A stretch of 64,000 bases of DNA from Felis catus (lineage: Eukaryota). Numbering within the stretch: position 1 is the first letter of the stretch; every line of letters starts with the position of its first letter. Position numbers and translations under genes: made by a program. Below the pieces are notes generated by a model. The model was not told the origin of the DNA and did not search any database. It saw only the letters and a list, made by a program, of their open reading frames with translations. The stretch spans positions 176,826,001 to 176,890,000 of the forward strand of contig NC_058368.1 of the NCBI RefSeq assembly GCF_018350175.1, read 5' to 3'. This document shows positions 1 to 12,632 of the stretch, in pieces.

Positions 1-142
1 GTTTGAGCCCCACACTGGGCTCTGTGCTGACAGCCCTGACCCAGTTTGGGATTCTTTCTCTCTTCTTCTCTCTCTGCCTCTCGTCTGCTCACATGCGTGC
101 ATGCTCTCTCCCTCTCTCTCAAAAGAAATAAACATTAAAAAA
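1..142 (+). mobile_element. CAN-SINE, 3' part (cut by window edge)
   Basis: gagccccac..ggctctgtgctgacag, (CT)n tract, aaataaacattaaaa tail. Confidence 0.85.
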
Positions 143-444
143 CAAGTAAACTGTAGGCACCCAACAGCTGTGCTCACCAGACACCAGCCATTTGAGACCT
201 CTCTTCAAGAGTTTTACTATATGCTTACCCCCTGTATCATTATTATTCAAATGAACTCACTTTTTTAACTTCTTAAAAATACACATTTTAGAGGAAGTTT
301 TCTAACACGACCATAATATAAAACTGGCATCAATGAAACGACAGCAACAAAGGATATGTCTTTAAATCTAGCCAGCTGCTGCTGCCTGCCTGCCCCAAGC
401 TCCATGCAGCCTGGTCCTGCTCTTAGGAGGCAAGTTAGAAAAGC

Positions 445-674
445 CTTTTCTTCCGGGAATTCCAGAGTCTGGGGTCTTATGTTTCAATCTTTAATCCACG
501 TGGAGTGGATTTTTGTGTGTGGTGTGAGATGAGAGCCCAGTGTCATTCTTCTGCGTGTGGATATTGTTCTCCCAGCACCACTCGTTGAAGAGACTGTCAC
601 TTCCCTCATTGTGTGTTCTTGGCGCTTTTGTCAAAAATCAGTTGCCCATATGTGTGGATATATTTCAGGGCTCT
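445..674 (-). mobile_element. L1 ORF2 fragment, inverted 5' part of an L1 insertion
   Basis: Reverse complement reads like the L1 ORF2 3' region (tgatttttgacaaaagcgccaagaac...tggattaaagattgaaacataagacc). Confidence 0.85.
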
Positions 675-1712
675 TGGCAGTGATTTCATGGATCTGATAC
701 CAAAAGCAGAGGCAACAAAAATAAAAATAAACAAGTGGGACTGTATTAAACTAAAAAGCTGCAAAGCAAAGGAAATAATCAACAGAGTGGGAAAAAAAGC
801 AACCTACAGAATGGGAGAAAATATTTGCAAATCAGGTCTCTGTGAAGGGGCCAGTCTCCGGAATATATAAAGAACCCATATATCTCAATAGCAAAAAAGC
901 TAATAACCTGATTTCAAAATGGGCTAAGAACTTGAACAGACATTTCTCCAAAGAAGATCTACAAATGACTAACTGTATATATGAAAAACTGCTGAATGTC
1001 ACTAATCATCAGGGGAATGCAAGTGACAACCACAATGTGATATCACCTCGCACCTGTCAGGACGGCTATTATTAAAAAACAAAAAAACAAGTGTTGGTAA
1101 GGATATGGAGCAATTGGAACCCTTGCATACTGTTGGTGGGAATGCAAAATGCATCCACTATGAAAAACAGTATGGAGGTTCCTCAAAAAACTTAAAATAG
1201 TACTACCATGTGATCCAGCAATCGCACTTCTTTTGGGTATACATCCAAAGAAATTGAAGTCAGGATCTGGGAGAGATATAATCACTCCCATGTTCATCGC
1301 AGCACCCTTCATGATAGCCAAGACGTGGAAACAACCTAAATGTGGTATATACGTACAACAGACTGCTATTCCACCTTTAAAAAGAAGGATATTCTGAATG
1401 TGTGGCAATGTGGATGAACCTGTGCTAAAGTGAAATAAGCCAGTCACAAAAAGATAAGCTACTACATCATTTCACTTACATGAGGTATCTAAAATAGTCA
1501 AACTCACAGAATCACAGAGCGAAATGGTGCTAACCAGGGGCTGGAGGGACGGAAAAATGGGGAGTTACTAACCTACGGGCATAAAGTTTCAGGCAAGCGA
1601 GATGAATAAGCTGTAGAGATCTACAGCCAACAATACTGTATTGTACGCTTAAAATTTCCTATGAGGGTAGATCTCGTGGGGACTGTTCTTATCACCCTAA
1701 AATAAAATTGTT
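675..1712 (+). mobile_element. L1 3' end (degenerate ORF2 C-terminus + 3'UTR)
   Basis: [19 protein letters not shown] and [19 protein letters not shown]2-like peptides in track ORFs; A-rich end. Confidence 0.92.
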
Positions 1713-1726
1713 GAAATATAAAGAGA

Positions 1727-1910
1727 GGGTCACCTGAGTGGCTCAGTCGGTTAAGCATCCGACTCTTGATTTGGGCTCAGGTCATTGACCTCACAGTTCT
1801 TGAGTTCGAGCCCGCATCAGGCTCCCTGCTGACAGCGTGGAGCCTGCTCGGGATTCTCTCTCTCTCCCCTCACTCAGAATAAGTCAATTTTTAAACATGA
1901 TAAAAATAAA
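1727..1910 (+). mobile_element. CAN-SINE
   Basis: gggtcacctgagtggctcagtcggttaag head; flanking aaat(a/g)taaagaga direct repeat. Confidence 0.88.
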
Positions 1911-2134
1911 ATGTAAAGAGAAGTGTTCATTCTCTGGGGCACTCTTTTGAGGCTGAGAAAACTCCCTCACTAGCCAAGCCGCTGTTATTTAAGAGTCCTC
2001 TTGCTGGCTCTAAAACCACCTCTGGGAACCACCACCCTATTGTACTTGATACAGTACTGAGAGACAAAGGGTTAACTTAATGTTACCAAGGGGCTGATGT
2101 ATGATGGAAGTCTTAAAGTCTTGTAGCACAACCT

Positions 2135-2245
2135 TCCGACATGGATGTTAGTGATTTCCATTTTACAGATGAGCAAACTGAGGCTGAGAGAGGTGATGGG
2201 ACATGGCTAGAGCCAGAATGAGGAGCTGGGTCTGTCTGACCTTTC
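2135..2245 (-). mobile_element. MIR fragment
   Basis: ccattttacagatgagcaaactgaggctgagagagg MIR core. Confidence 0.7.
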
Positions 2246-3564
2246 CTCGTCACCCTCAGCAAACAACACTTGTTCTTACCTCTCCTCTCCTCCCTGCATT
2301 GACCAGCCACATTTATCCAAAAGGCCCGGACTCTATCCAGGGAAGAACCGAGTTTTCCTGGAACTATGGTTCTTTGTCTTTACTGACCAAACACAAGATG
2401 ATTCTGGAGTATTGCTCTGCCCCAGGTCATGTTTTTACTGTTAGCCTGTCCTTCCAGAATGGAAGGGGCAAACATCAAAGCGTTCGGGCTGCCTTTTATT
2501 AGTAACTTGGCTGTATTTTATGGTTTGGAGGTTTGGCTTTTACTTCCCAGGAATTACTCAAAACCAAAAGAGAACTTGGCATTGTCAGGAAGTTTCCGCG
2601 GGCCTTGTTGTCCCTTCCCTCGCTGGTCCTTCTGGAGCCTCTGCTCATTTCAGCAAGGAGCACCCTTGCCGAAGCCCCTGTAGGCAGAGGCCATGGCCAC
2701 CTCGGGGCCCACCCTGCTGTCCCCAAACAGGGCCACGTGGCCACATCCAGGCCATTTCCTCGTGTCATTGATCCAGTGAATACTTTCAACCAGGTATGAA
2801 GGTCTCCCCAGCACTGTCTAGGCATGAGGAAAGGTGCAGGATGAGCAACTATGTACTCCTGCCCTCTGTAGATTTGGGGTAGAGGAGCTGGTGTCAGCCA
2901 GTCCTGGGCTCTCGGGTCCTACCTACTTCCCCAGAGCTTCCATTTGCCCATCTCTGAAACGGGCCAGCCCTCCCAGGATTACATGGAAGGACACAGACAA
3001 GCGCGTTTCAGGAGCCATCGAGTGCTGAGCCCACATAAGGGAATGAATGGTGTTATTGCAGTCTGGGGGGAGCCGCAAGATTTCTGCCCACTAAGCAGCC
3101 ACGGTCCAGCATATAATCAGCTCTTTCATTATGTGGTTCTAACTGTAAGAACTGCAGGGTTTCGGAGGAATGAGAGAGCCACAGGGGTCCCCAAGATGGC
3201 AGCTCGTCCCAGGAAGAATGAATACTCTAAACCAGAAGGAGAAGGCGGTCAGGGACCAGAGGCAGGGGAGGGGAGGGCCCACTCTCTCTCTCCCTCTTGG
3301 GCTGTCTGCCTCCGGCCTGGAAAAGGTCAGTTCCTGGGGATTTGCTACAGAGCAGAAGCTACTTCAAGGCTAATAAAATCAACGAACCACAAATATCAGG
3401 CCCCGTATGGTCAACATCTTTCAACCCAGAAGGATAGAGCATGGACAGTAACTGGGGACATCACCCTACTAAAAACATGTCCACCCGCTTCGCATGTGTT
3501 CTCCCACTTTAGATCCGGGACAGGAGCCTGACTCAAAGGCTGCGCAGGGTCAGCAACCCAAGTG

Positions 3565-4085
3565 ACCATCTTTGGCTGAACGAATAAACAAAATGTGGCA
3601 TATCCTTCCGGTGGAATGTTACTCAGCCTTGAAAAGGAAGGAAATTCCAGCACGTGCTGCCACATGGATGGACCTAGAGGCCATTAGCTACGTGAAAGCA
3701 GCTTGTCACAAAAGGACAAATGTATCAGCCCATTTGTACGAGGTACTTAGAGTAGTCAGACTCATGCAGACAGAAAGCAGAGTGATTGCCAGGAGCTGGG
3801 GAAAGGGGGAATTGTTTAACAGGTACAGGGCTTCAGATTTGCAAAATAGAGTTCTGGGGATGGGTGTTGGTGATGATTGCACAACACAGTGGATGTACTT
3901 AATGCCACTGAACCGTATGCTTAAAAATGGTTAAGATGATGGAGCACCTGGCTGGCTCAGTCAATAGAGCATGCACCTGTTGGTCTCAGAGTCATGAGTT
4001 CGAGCCCCGTGTCAGGCATGGGGCCTACTTTAAAAAATAAAAATGATGAAAATGGCAAATTTTATGTGTCTTTTACCACAATTAA
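3565..4085 (+). mobile_element. Old L1 (L1M-type) 3' fragment, interrupted by a short CAN-SINE at ~3941-4043
   Basis: aacaaaatgtggcatat..aaaaggaaggaaatt..acatggatggacct; gcaaattttatgt..ttttaccacaat end. Confidence 0.85.
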
Positions 4086-4101
4086 AACTTTTTAAAAACC
4101 A

Positions 4102-4323
4102 GGGGCGCCGGTGGCTCAGTCAGTTAAGCGTCCAACTCCAGCTCGGGTTATGATCTTGTGGTCCGTGAGTTCCAGCCCCGCATCGGGCTCTGTGCTGACA
4201 GCTCGGAGCCTGGAGCCTGCTTCGGATTCTGTGTCTCCCTCTCTCTCTGCCCCTCCCCCACTCACGCTCTGTCTCTCTCTGTCTCTCAAAAATCAATAAA
4301 ATTTAAAAAAAAAATTTTTTTTT
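4102..4323 (+). mobile_element. CAN-SINE (SINEC_Fc-like)
   Basis: Full head/CT/A-tail structure; TSD aactttttaaaaacca on both sides. Confidence 0.93.
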
Positions 4324-5111
4324 AACTTTTTAAAAACCAGAAAAATAACTCAGAATACCTCCTGAGGCTCCAAGAAGGGTGCCATTGGAGACCTCCCCTG
4401 CGTCCGTCTCCCCATTAGTCCATCACAGCCCTGTAGCAGGGTTGGGGGGGGGGGTCACTTTGCAAGGGATGAATGGGAGGTGAGTTTATGGAGGCTTGTC
4501 ATGTAGAAAATACAAGACACGATTTTTCCACGCCCAGCTCACACTCAGCATGGTAAGGGGGTACGGGAGTCCCGCCCACTCCAGAGCATGACTGTGGGCT
4601 GGCAGAATGGCCTGTGCTATTCAAATGTGTGCATGGGCCCAGGCGCCCTCCCTGCAGAGAAGTTTGTAATAAAATGCATGCACGAAGCTGCGCTACTGCA
4701 CACAGATCCGCGTCCTCAGGAGCTGCGCCAGAAGGGGCTTAAATAGATTTGTTAAGCTGAGCTGTTTATTCGTTGTGGAGCCATGTCTTAGTTTCAAATC
4801 CCTTCGTGATCAGGATGTACCCTCTACTTCTTGTATTGGACACAGAAACCAGGCAGTTCTGGGCACAAAGATCATGTCTGTTGAGTCAATGAATGGATAC
4901 CTATTGGTAGGTAAATTAGCACAACACCTAGTCCCATTTGTGCTTTCTACCCACTCCTTATCCAATCCGCTGGCCCACCTCTGAGGGTCCTTTAACTGAT
5001 GAGCTGGGATGGCAGATTTATATGACTCGGGCAGTGGGAGATACCAGATGTTTCAACCCCTCAGTAACCTCGGAACTTCTTTTCTTTAAAACTTTTTTTG
5101 GCGGGGAGTGG

Positions 5112-5517
5112 GGGGGCACCTGGGTGGCTCAGTCAGTTAAGTGTCCGACTTTGGCTCAGGTCATGGTCTCATGGTTTGTGAGTTCGAGCCCCACATCCGG
5201 CTCTATGCTGACAGCTCAGAGCCTGGAGCCTGCTTCAGATTCTGTGTTTCCCTCTCTCTGCTCTCCTCTCTTATTCTCTCTCTCTCTCTCTCTTTCTCTG
5301 TCAGAAATAAACATTAAAAAAAATAAAAAAGTAAAACTTAAAAAAAAAATTTTTTTTATTTATCTAAGAGAACGAGTGGGGGAGGGGGGACAGAGGATCC
5401 AAAGCGGGCTTTGTGCTGACAGCAGCGAGCCCAACGTGGGGCTCAAACTCATGAACTGTGAGATCATGACCTGAGCCAAAGTCAGATGCTTAATCTACTG
5501 GGCCACCCACGTGCCCC
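5112..5517. mobile_element. Tail-to-tail pair of CAN-SINEs (+ ~5112-5348, - ~5349-5517)
   Basis: Sense head ggggcacctgggtggctcag and antisense head ...cacccacgtgcccc sharing the A/T tail. Confidence 0.9.
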
Positions 5518-5794
5518 ATAACTTGGGAACTTCTAACCTCTACCCAAATCCTAAAGCTGCGCCTTCACTTTAACACTGCAGATCTGTGAGTTAAGACATC
5601 CATGCGGGCGTGTGGGAAACCAGCTAAGCGTTCACCACTAGGCAGCTGGGTCGGTAAACTAGAATATGTTTGTGCAGTAGACACCCAATATCCAGTAGAG
5701 ACGAAGTTGTATAAGAATGATGACGTGGCATGAAGTCCATAGTTGAGTGTTTTATCTAAATGTGTGCGTGTTATTTGTTCAGATACGCCCATAA

Positions 5795-5870
5795 TGCGCA
5801 CGCACGCGCGTGTGTGTGTGTGTGTGTGTGTGTGTATACAGAGTGCGTGTGTGTGCATGCATGTGTATGT
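5795..5870. repeat. (TG)n microsatellite within an alternating purine-pyrimidine tract
   Basis: gcgcacgcacgcgcg(tg)n...gtgtgtgcatgcatgtg. Confidence 0.95.
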
Positions 5871-5879
5871 GAGGTCCGC

Positions 5880-6201
<322 letters not shown>

Positions 6202-6297
6202 TAAGTTGGCGTGTGTACAGCTTCCCAGAGTGTGCCCTCACAGCCGTCCCTGCTGCCAGGCCAGCCCCAAGAAGAACGGGAGTATAGCAAAGTAAAG

Positions 6298-6487
6298 ATT
6301 TTCTCTTAATTTGAGAGAGAGAGAGAGAGAACATGCAAGTGGGGCAGAGGGGCAAAAAGAGAGGGGGAGAGAGAATCCCAAGCAGGCTCCGCACTCAGCA
6401 CAGAGCCTGATGTGGGACTCAATCCCACGACACTAGGATCATGACCTGAGCCAAAATCAAGAGTCAGACTGAGCCACCCAGACGCCG
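6298..6487 (-). mobile_element. CAN-SINE
   Basis: (GA)n tract, gatcatgacctgagcc, gagccaccca antisense head. Confidence 0.88.
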
Positions 6488-8427
6488 CTAAAGCAAAGTA
6501 AAAATTGAGCTGGATCCCATTGATTGAGCCCTGGTGGGGCCTTGCTCCATGTGGCCCTCCCAGGGAAGGAACCCCCTACAGATCCACACTTAACCACAGA
6601 ATGCATGGAGCATGCTAGAAACAGGAGGCTACGGGCCCTTGAGGCAGGGCCTGTGCAGGAGATTCATCCCAGTGCCTTGCCCACAAGGGTGAATGTGCTC
6701 AGGACCGTGAGGGAGATGGACGGGTGAGTGACGAGACCTGCTCAGGGTTACGGGGCCAGGGCCAGGATTTGATCTTGGTCGTCCAGGGTCCAGTGCTATC
6801 CAAAATGTTCACCACAGCCCCTACGGCAGACAGACGGCACTTCCTGGCGCCTGTCCGTGCACAGCCGATAGTCCCCACCGCCTGGGGCACGCGGCAAAGA
6901 ATTTCCCCACCTGCCTTCTAGCTTTCACATACCAGGAGTTGATGGCACCAGATGCCCCGCCAGTGAGACAGTGATATACACATAGTGCTTTTTGACAAGT
7001 TTTGTTGTGGGGGAGACCACCATGTGTGTCTGCAGTCGCCATGAGGGGAGGGGAGACCAGCCTACAGGTGCAGGGCCGTCATGGGGTCCTAGGAGCAAGA
7101 GACAGCACCTGTCAGGAAGGGCTGAGAAGTGCCAGCCAGGCTCTTTGACCAGAGAGAGAGAGAGAGAGAGAGAGAACACGTGCACACACACACATGCACA
7201 CCAATAGAATATCCACTAAAAATACAAAACATCGCCTGGACTGTACCAAAGAAAGCACAGCTTACCAGCATCCTGCTGAAGGGTATGCATCTAGTTCCAA
7301 GAGGCTCCCTGGAAAGAAGGAAAAGTTCCCAGTTTCTGTTTCCTTTTCCTGCTTGTCCCCTTGAACAAGTGTCTTGACTTCCTTGAGCTTCTGTTTCATC
7401 AGCAAGGTGGGCTTGGCTGACCTTGATCGCATCATGGTTGTGAGGCTTGAACACCACCCTGCCGATAAAGGAGAGTCTGGCACGTGGCAGGTACTTACCT
7501 GGTGACGTCTTCCTGTCTTTAAAGCGGGCTTTGAAGGGGAAGGTAGGAGGGTTGCTGAGGGCCCAGGGGATGGCTCTGGGGCCCCTCAGGCAGTCCCTGG
7601 TGGGCCTTGGTTGTTGGCTTAGGGAGGAGTGAACAGCAGCAAAGCAGCTGGTCCCTTGGTCAGCCTCCTGAAGCTCGTTCCCGAGTCAGGGCTGAAGGTG
7701 GAGACTGGGGGGTCGTTCCCAGCAGTCTTGAGGCAGACAGGAGATGGATTCCAAACGGTGCTGTTAAAGGAAGGTTTTTGCTGCCGTGCACGGGAAAACT
7801 TGGGACCTTGCCAGGCATGTCGCACAGAGAGGTAATGTGCCTACGTGAGCCCACACATGCTGCTGCTGCTGCTGCTGGAAACCAAGAGCCCCCTCCTGCC
7901 CCCAGCCCCCCTGCCCCAGCTGCAGCACCCCCTGCTCCTGGCCAGGCCAGGGTTCGGGCAGGAGAGTGGGCCCCAGCCAGGTCTCCTGGGTTCTGATGTT
8001 GGCTGAGGTGCTTCGCCTCCCTGGGCCTCCGTGTCTCCGTCTGTGAAATGGAGTAACCCTCGAGGATTGTCGTGAGGGTTCGCTGGGGCGGTCCAGATAC
8101 AGCGCTGTGACCAGCAGTGTCTCCACAGCAAGTGCCAGGAAGCCTGAGCTGCATTATTCCTCCGTAGCTCTCACCACCACCACCCCCCCAACCCCCCACG
8201 CACGGGTGATGAAGTTTAGCCCCACTGAGGTGTAGTGCCTGGCCAGGGGACGTCACGACCGACCTGCGCAGCCCAGCACTGGGGCCCTGCCACTCCTCCC
8301 AGCTGCACAGGAGTGTGGCCCCAGGCTCAGGGGATTGTCTGAGCCCCCTCACCCCCTTCCAAGATAACGGTGAAAGCATCATTACACGGTGGCTAAAAAG
8401 CCAGACTGTAAAATGAGACTAAATTTG

Positions 8428-9370
8428 GGCACCTGGGTGGCTCAGTCAGTTAAGCATCTGACCTCAGCTCAGATGTTGATAGATGCATATTCATAATGGA
8501 CAAAAAGTGGAAACAACCCAAATGCCCATCAGCTGATGAGCAGATCGGCAAAGTGTGGTTTACCCACACATGAGGGAATAGCATTCAGCCATCAGATGGT
8601 ATGAAATACTGACACATGGTACAACATGGATGGCCCTTGGAAACATTCCACCCAAAAGAAGGCCATCACAAAAAGCCTCTTGCTGTATGACCCCATTCAT
8701 ATGAAACGTCCAGAATAGACCAGTCATTAAAGGCAGCAAGCAAATTAGTGTTTGCCAGCTATTCGGAGGGGTGGGGATAGCAAGTGACCATTATAGGTAC
8801 AGGGCTTCCCTGTGGAATGATGAATATTTTTTTGGAATTCGGGTGATGATTGCACAACCTTGCGAAGATGCCAAAAACCAGTGGACTCTACACTTTAAAA
8901 GAATGAATTTTATGATGTGTGAATGATAGCTCAATTTTTGAAAATTAGGTAAATCTGGGGTGCCTGGGTGGCCTGGTTGGTTAAGTGTCTGACTTCGGCT
9001 CAGGTCGTGATCTCGCAGTTAGTGAGTTCAAGCCCCGTGTCAAGCTCTCTGTTCTCAGCGCGGAGCCTGCTTCCGATCCTCTGTCCACCTCTCTCTCGGC
9101 CCCTCGCCTGCTTGCTCGCGTTCTCTCTCTCTCTCAAAAATAAATAAACAAAACAAAAATTAGGTAGGTAGATCTGGCTTCCGCTTGCTACTTACTAGCT
9201 GTGTAGCCTTAGGCAAGTTACCTAACCTCTCTGGGCCTCATTTTCCTCATCTATAAAATAGGCATTAAAAGAGTACTTATTCCCAAGGGCTGTTCTGAGT
9301 GTTAAGTGCGTGAACTAAACAGTATCTAGCAGGGTACTGGCATATGGTAATAACATTTGGCTAATGTTAT
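8428..9370 (+). mobile_element. Nested cluster: truncated SINE head (~8428-8472), L1 3' fragment (~8473-8945), CAN-SINE (~8957-9158), MIR (~9170-9370)
   Basis: Recognisable SINE head, L1 aaaaagtggaaacaacccaaatg, MIR ctgtgtagccttaggcaagttacctaacctctctg. Confidence 0.82.
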
Positions 9371-10103
9371 TGCCACCACAACATCTGTCTCAACCCAACC
9401 ACCCTGTCACCTCCCTTTTCTCTTTATAGCATTGGAAACCTTTTTACTACTGGGATAATTTACTTAAAAAGTATGTGTAAACCCTGATTTGTCATACTGT
9501 ATTTGTGATGCAGCGGTATGTACACATTCTGATGCGGTTGACAAATACAAGGGTTGACAAATACATTACTCACTGTTCGGTGTGAATTCTAGCCCACGGT
9601 AGTGTTCTCTCTGTCACCACGAGGGAGATGTGTTTTCTTCACTGCTATCCAGACTCCTACCCAGTGTTACAGTGTGTTCCCCTCACCACTTACTGCCAAG
9701 AGCTTCCTGCTTCGTGTATATGGCTCAGGGCACCCCCAGGAGGTGGGACAGGGCCTCTGCTGTGCCTGACGAGGTGGGCATCAGGCTCAGTGCAACATGG
9801 GGGCCTACTCTTGCTTTTATACTGCATGCCCCCACATCGGCTCCTCCCCAGGGCCCCCTACTCTACAAATAGAGTGGAGATGCTAGTCCCCAGGGCACCG
9901 GAGCACTTATCAGGCAAAAGGAGTAAATGAAAAGGAGTTCTTTCTTCTTTGAAGAGTCTGGGTCCCTGGGGCTGACTTGGCTTTTCTTCATTCACTGGAG
10001 ATGATGTGGAATGGAGAATCTCCGTTTCCTAATGGAATAACTCGTGTCGCTATATAACAGTACTGACTTGTTATTCTCTCCCACCCCTTTCTTTCCTGTG
10101 CAG

Positions 10104-10129
10104 GGAGCATGTTGGGAAAAAGAAATCCG
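10104..10129 (+). CDS. SH3PXD2B: SH3PXD2B 26-nt micro-exon (exon 6 equivalent)
   Basis: ctttcctgtgcag|GGAGCATGTTGGGAAAAAGAAATCCG|gtaaga; phase 2->1 bridges the flanking exons; EHVGKKKS. Confidence 0.95.
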
Positions 10130-12239
10130 GTAAGAATATTTTTCCATTTTCTCCTATTCATTCAATGGTGAGCATACCCCTACTCTGCACCGATGGTTGC
10201 CAGTCCCTGGGCACTGCCTGAGGGATACAGCATGGGACTGGGTGGGTGGATGGGTGGATGGATGGGTTGATGCTTGATTGATTGGTTGATACCCCAGCCT
10301 GTTTTCCAAAAACAGTGTTGGAGGTTGTTGCATCCTGTGTCAAAAAGTTAGAGTGGATAAGACCTGCTGTCTTTCCCTGAGAATGCCTCAGAGGAATAGG
10401 GGAGCCCGATATCTCCTGACCACCTGTAGGGGGTTAAATACCTTTATTCTGCTGTAGACAGGGGAATGTGGTGACTCACAGCTAAGAGCATTCTTCTCAG
10501 GTGTTGGAAGGGGTCACAAAAGGAGGGACACTGGGTCTTAAAGAGTGAACGGGAGCTTTCCACAGACCGAAGGGGCAGTTAGGGCTGCGGGGAGGTGCAC
10601 AGGCGGGAGGCACGGGTTTGGGCCCAGCCTCTGGGCTGCTGTTATTGCTGGGCAATAAGGGCCACTCTTTCCACCACCTCTGGTACTCACTCCCTTCTCC
10701 CGGGCACCAGTTCCCTTCCTTCCCAGCACCCCTTCCACTCCCTAGAGCAGTGATGGGAAAAGAGAAGGTGGGGATTTAGGTATGCACAGAGGAATGATTG
10801 AGTCATCGCAGGCCTGGGGTTGATAACTTTAGACTCACAATAGTCCAACCTTTTCTTCTGCAAACCCAGTATTATCTGCCCCCCCCCCCCCCGTATCTGC
10901 AGAGTCCCCTACCCACACCACCACACCTGGAGCCAGCATGGTCCTCGGAGCTTCCAGAATTCCAAGTTCTTTTATGTATCTAGGACTCCAGGAAGTTTGA
11001 GGGCATTGATAATGCTGTGGGGAGAGAAGGGCCAAGCAGAGATCCCAGAAGTAAAAAAGGATGCCTGCCTCCTCTCGTGGCCCTCCATTTCCTCATCTGT
11101 AAAATGGGGGATAATAATAGCAATCCATCTTGGAGGGTTATTGTAGGATTTATAGTAATATGTATAAAGCACTCAGACCAGTGCCTGGCACATTTTAAGT
11201 GATACGTGTTTGCTGCCGTCTTTATAGTGCTGCCATTAATTCAAAGCACATGGATGTCCCTGTCCAGCATCAGTAGAAATTCCAAATTGAGTAGCCCTGG
11301 TCCCTTTACTGCCCCCTGGGTACAGGGCCTGTGGTCAGCTTTACAGGGCCCAAGCTGTGCTTGCAAGGGAAAGTAGAGAGGAGCTAGGTCTCTGCCTCAA
11401 GGTCTCGTGTCTGGAACGAACGTCCGCCTTTCCCCAGCCAGTCTGTTTAGAGCTGCACTTTGCGTTTAATAAGTACTGGCCAGAGCCATGGCATCCTGTT
11501 CAAGCTGTGCACGGCCCTTGGGCTCTGAGGATAATGATACGTTTCTTAGAAAAGAACAGAGAGGAGAAGAGGAACTCTTGGGCTGATCACAAGAGTTTCT
11601 GGCTTTGAGTGTGCAGAGACTTTCCTGGAGAGAACGGCTGAAGGAAGAGAGGAAAGAGACAGCTCTAGTTTGCAAAAACCAAAGTGTCCGGTCGGAACAG
11701 GCTTGATGAGGGGACTGGTCTGGAAAAGAGAGAAGAAGCTTTAATTTGTGGTGATGACTATTACATCATTCACCTGCAATGATGGAGGGGTGGATTTATT
11801 TATAGTTCAGCTGGGTGGAAAATAGCATTTTTCTTTTCAGACTAAGGACCCATGCGGAGATGAGTCTTATTTTTTTATCTGACCTTTGAACTCTTCCTCT
11901 GTGTTAGTAATGGCCTTCTTGATTGAGTGTGAAAGGGATTTAAGGTCGACAGCCCAAACCCAGAGATTTCTGTGCTGGTACTCTGAATTGGAGAAAGCTC
12001 ACCTGTCTCCAGAATTTGCCAGCAGACTTTGGCTAATGTGGTCTCAACTTCTGCTCATCTTGCAAGAAAAAAATCCTCCCACCAAAATTTAAGAAGTCAT
12101 CTGGTTATTTAAGGAGCATCTTTCTTCTTGATTTTTCTACCCTTTACTTATTGAAGTATACTCTGAGTTACTGGCTCTTCCAGTAAGACTGGCAGTATGG
12201 TCAATTTCTGGAAAGAAAATCCCACTTTATCATTGCTCA

Positions 12240-12605
12240 CTATATTTTGCCATAGCAAAAAAACTATTGACTGAGTGGCTTAAACGACAGAAGCTTATTT
12301 CTTTCCAAGTATGGAGCCTGGAAGTCTGAGATCAAGGTGCCGGCATTATCAGGTTCTGGCAAGAGTCCTTTTCCTGGCTTCTAGGCTGCTGTCTTCTCTC
12401 TGTGTCCTCCCATGGCAGAGAGAGAGCAAGAGCGAGCCCTCTGGTGTCTCTTCTAGTAAGGGCACTAGCCCCGTCCTGGGGGCCCCACCCTCATGACCTC
12501 ATCGAAACCTAATTACCTCCCAAAGGCCCCACCTCCAGATGCCATCCCATGGGAATTAAAGCTTCAGTATATGAATTTTAGAGGGACAGAATTCAGTCCA
12601 TGGCA
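12240..12605 (-). mobile_element. MLT1A-like MaLR LTR
   Basis: gagtggcttaaacgacagaa..tctgagatcaaggtgccggca..cctcatgacctcat..aattacctcccaaaggccccacctcc. Confidence 0.85.
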
Positions 12606-12632
12606 GTTATCTTTAAAATTCAAAACAAGTCA

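Noticed and set aside
7660..8382. 240-aa antisense ORF in intron 5
   Set aside because: Low-complexity Gly/Ala runs from CTG and C-rich tracts plus a MIR fragment; no coding signature
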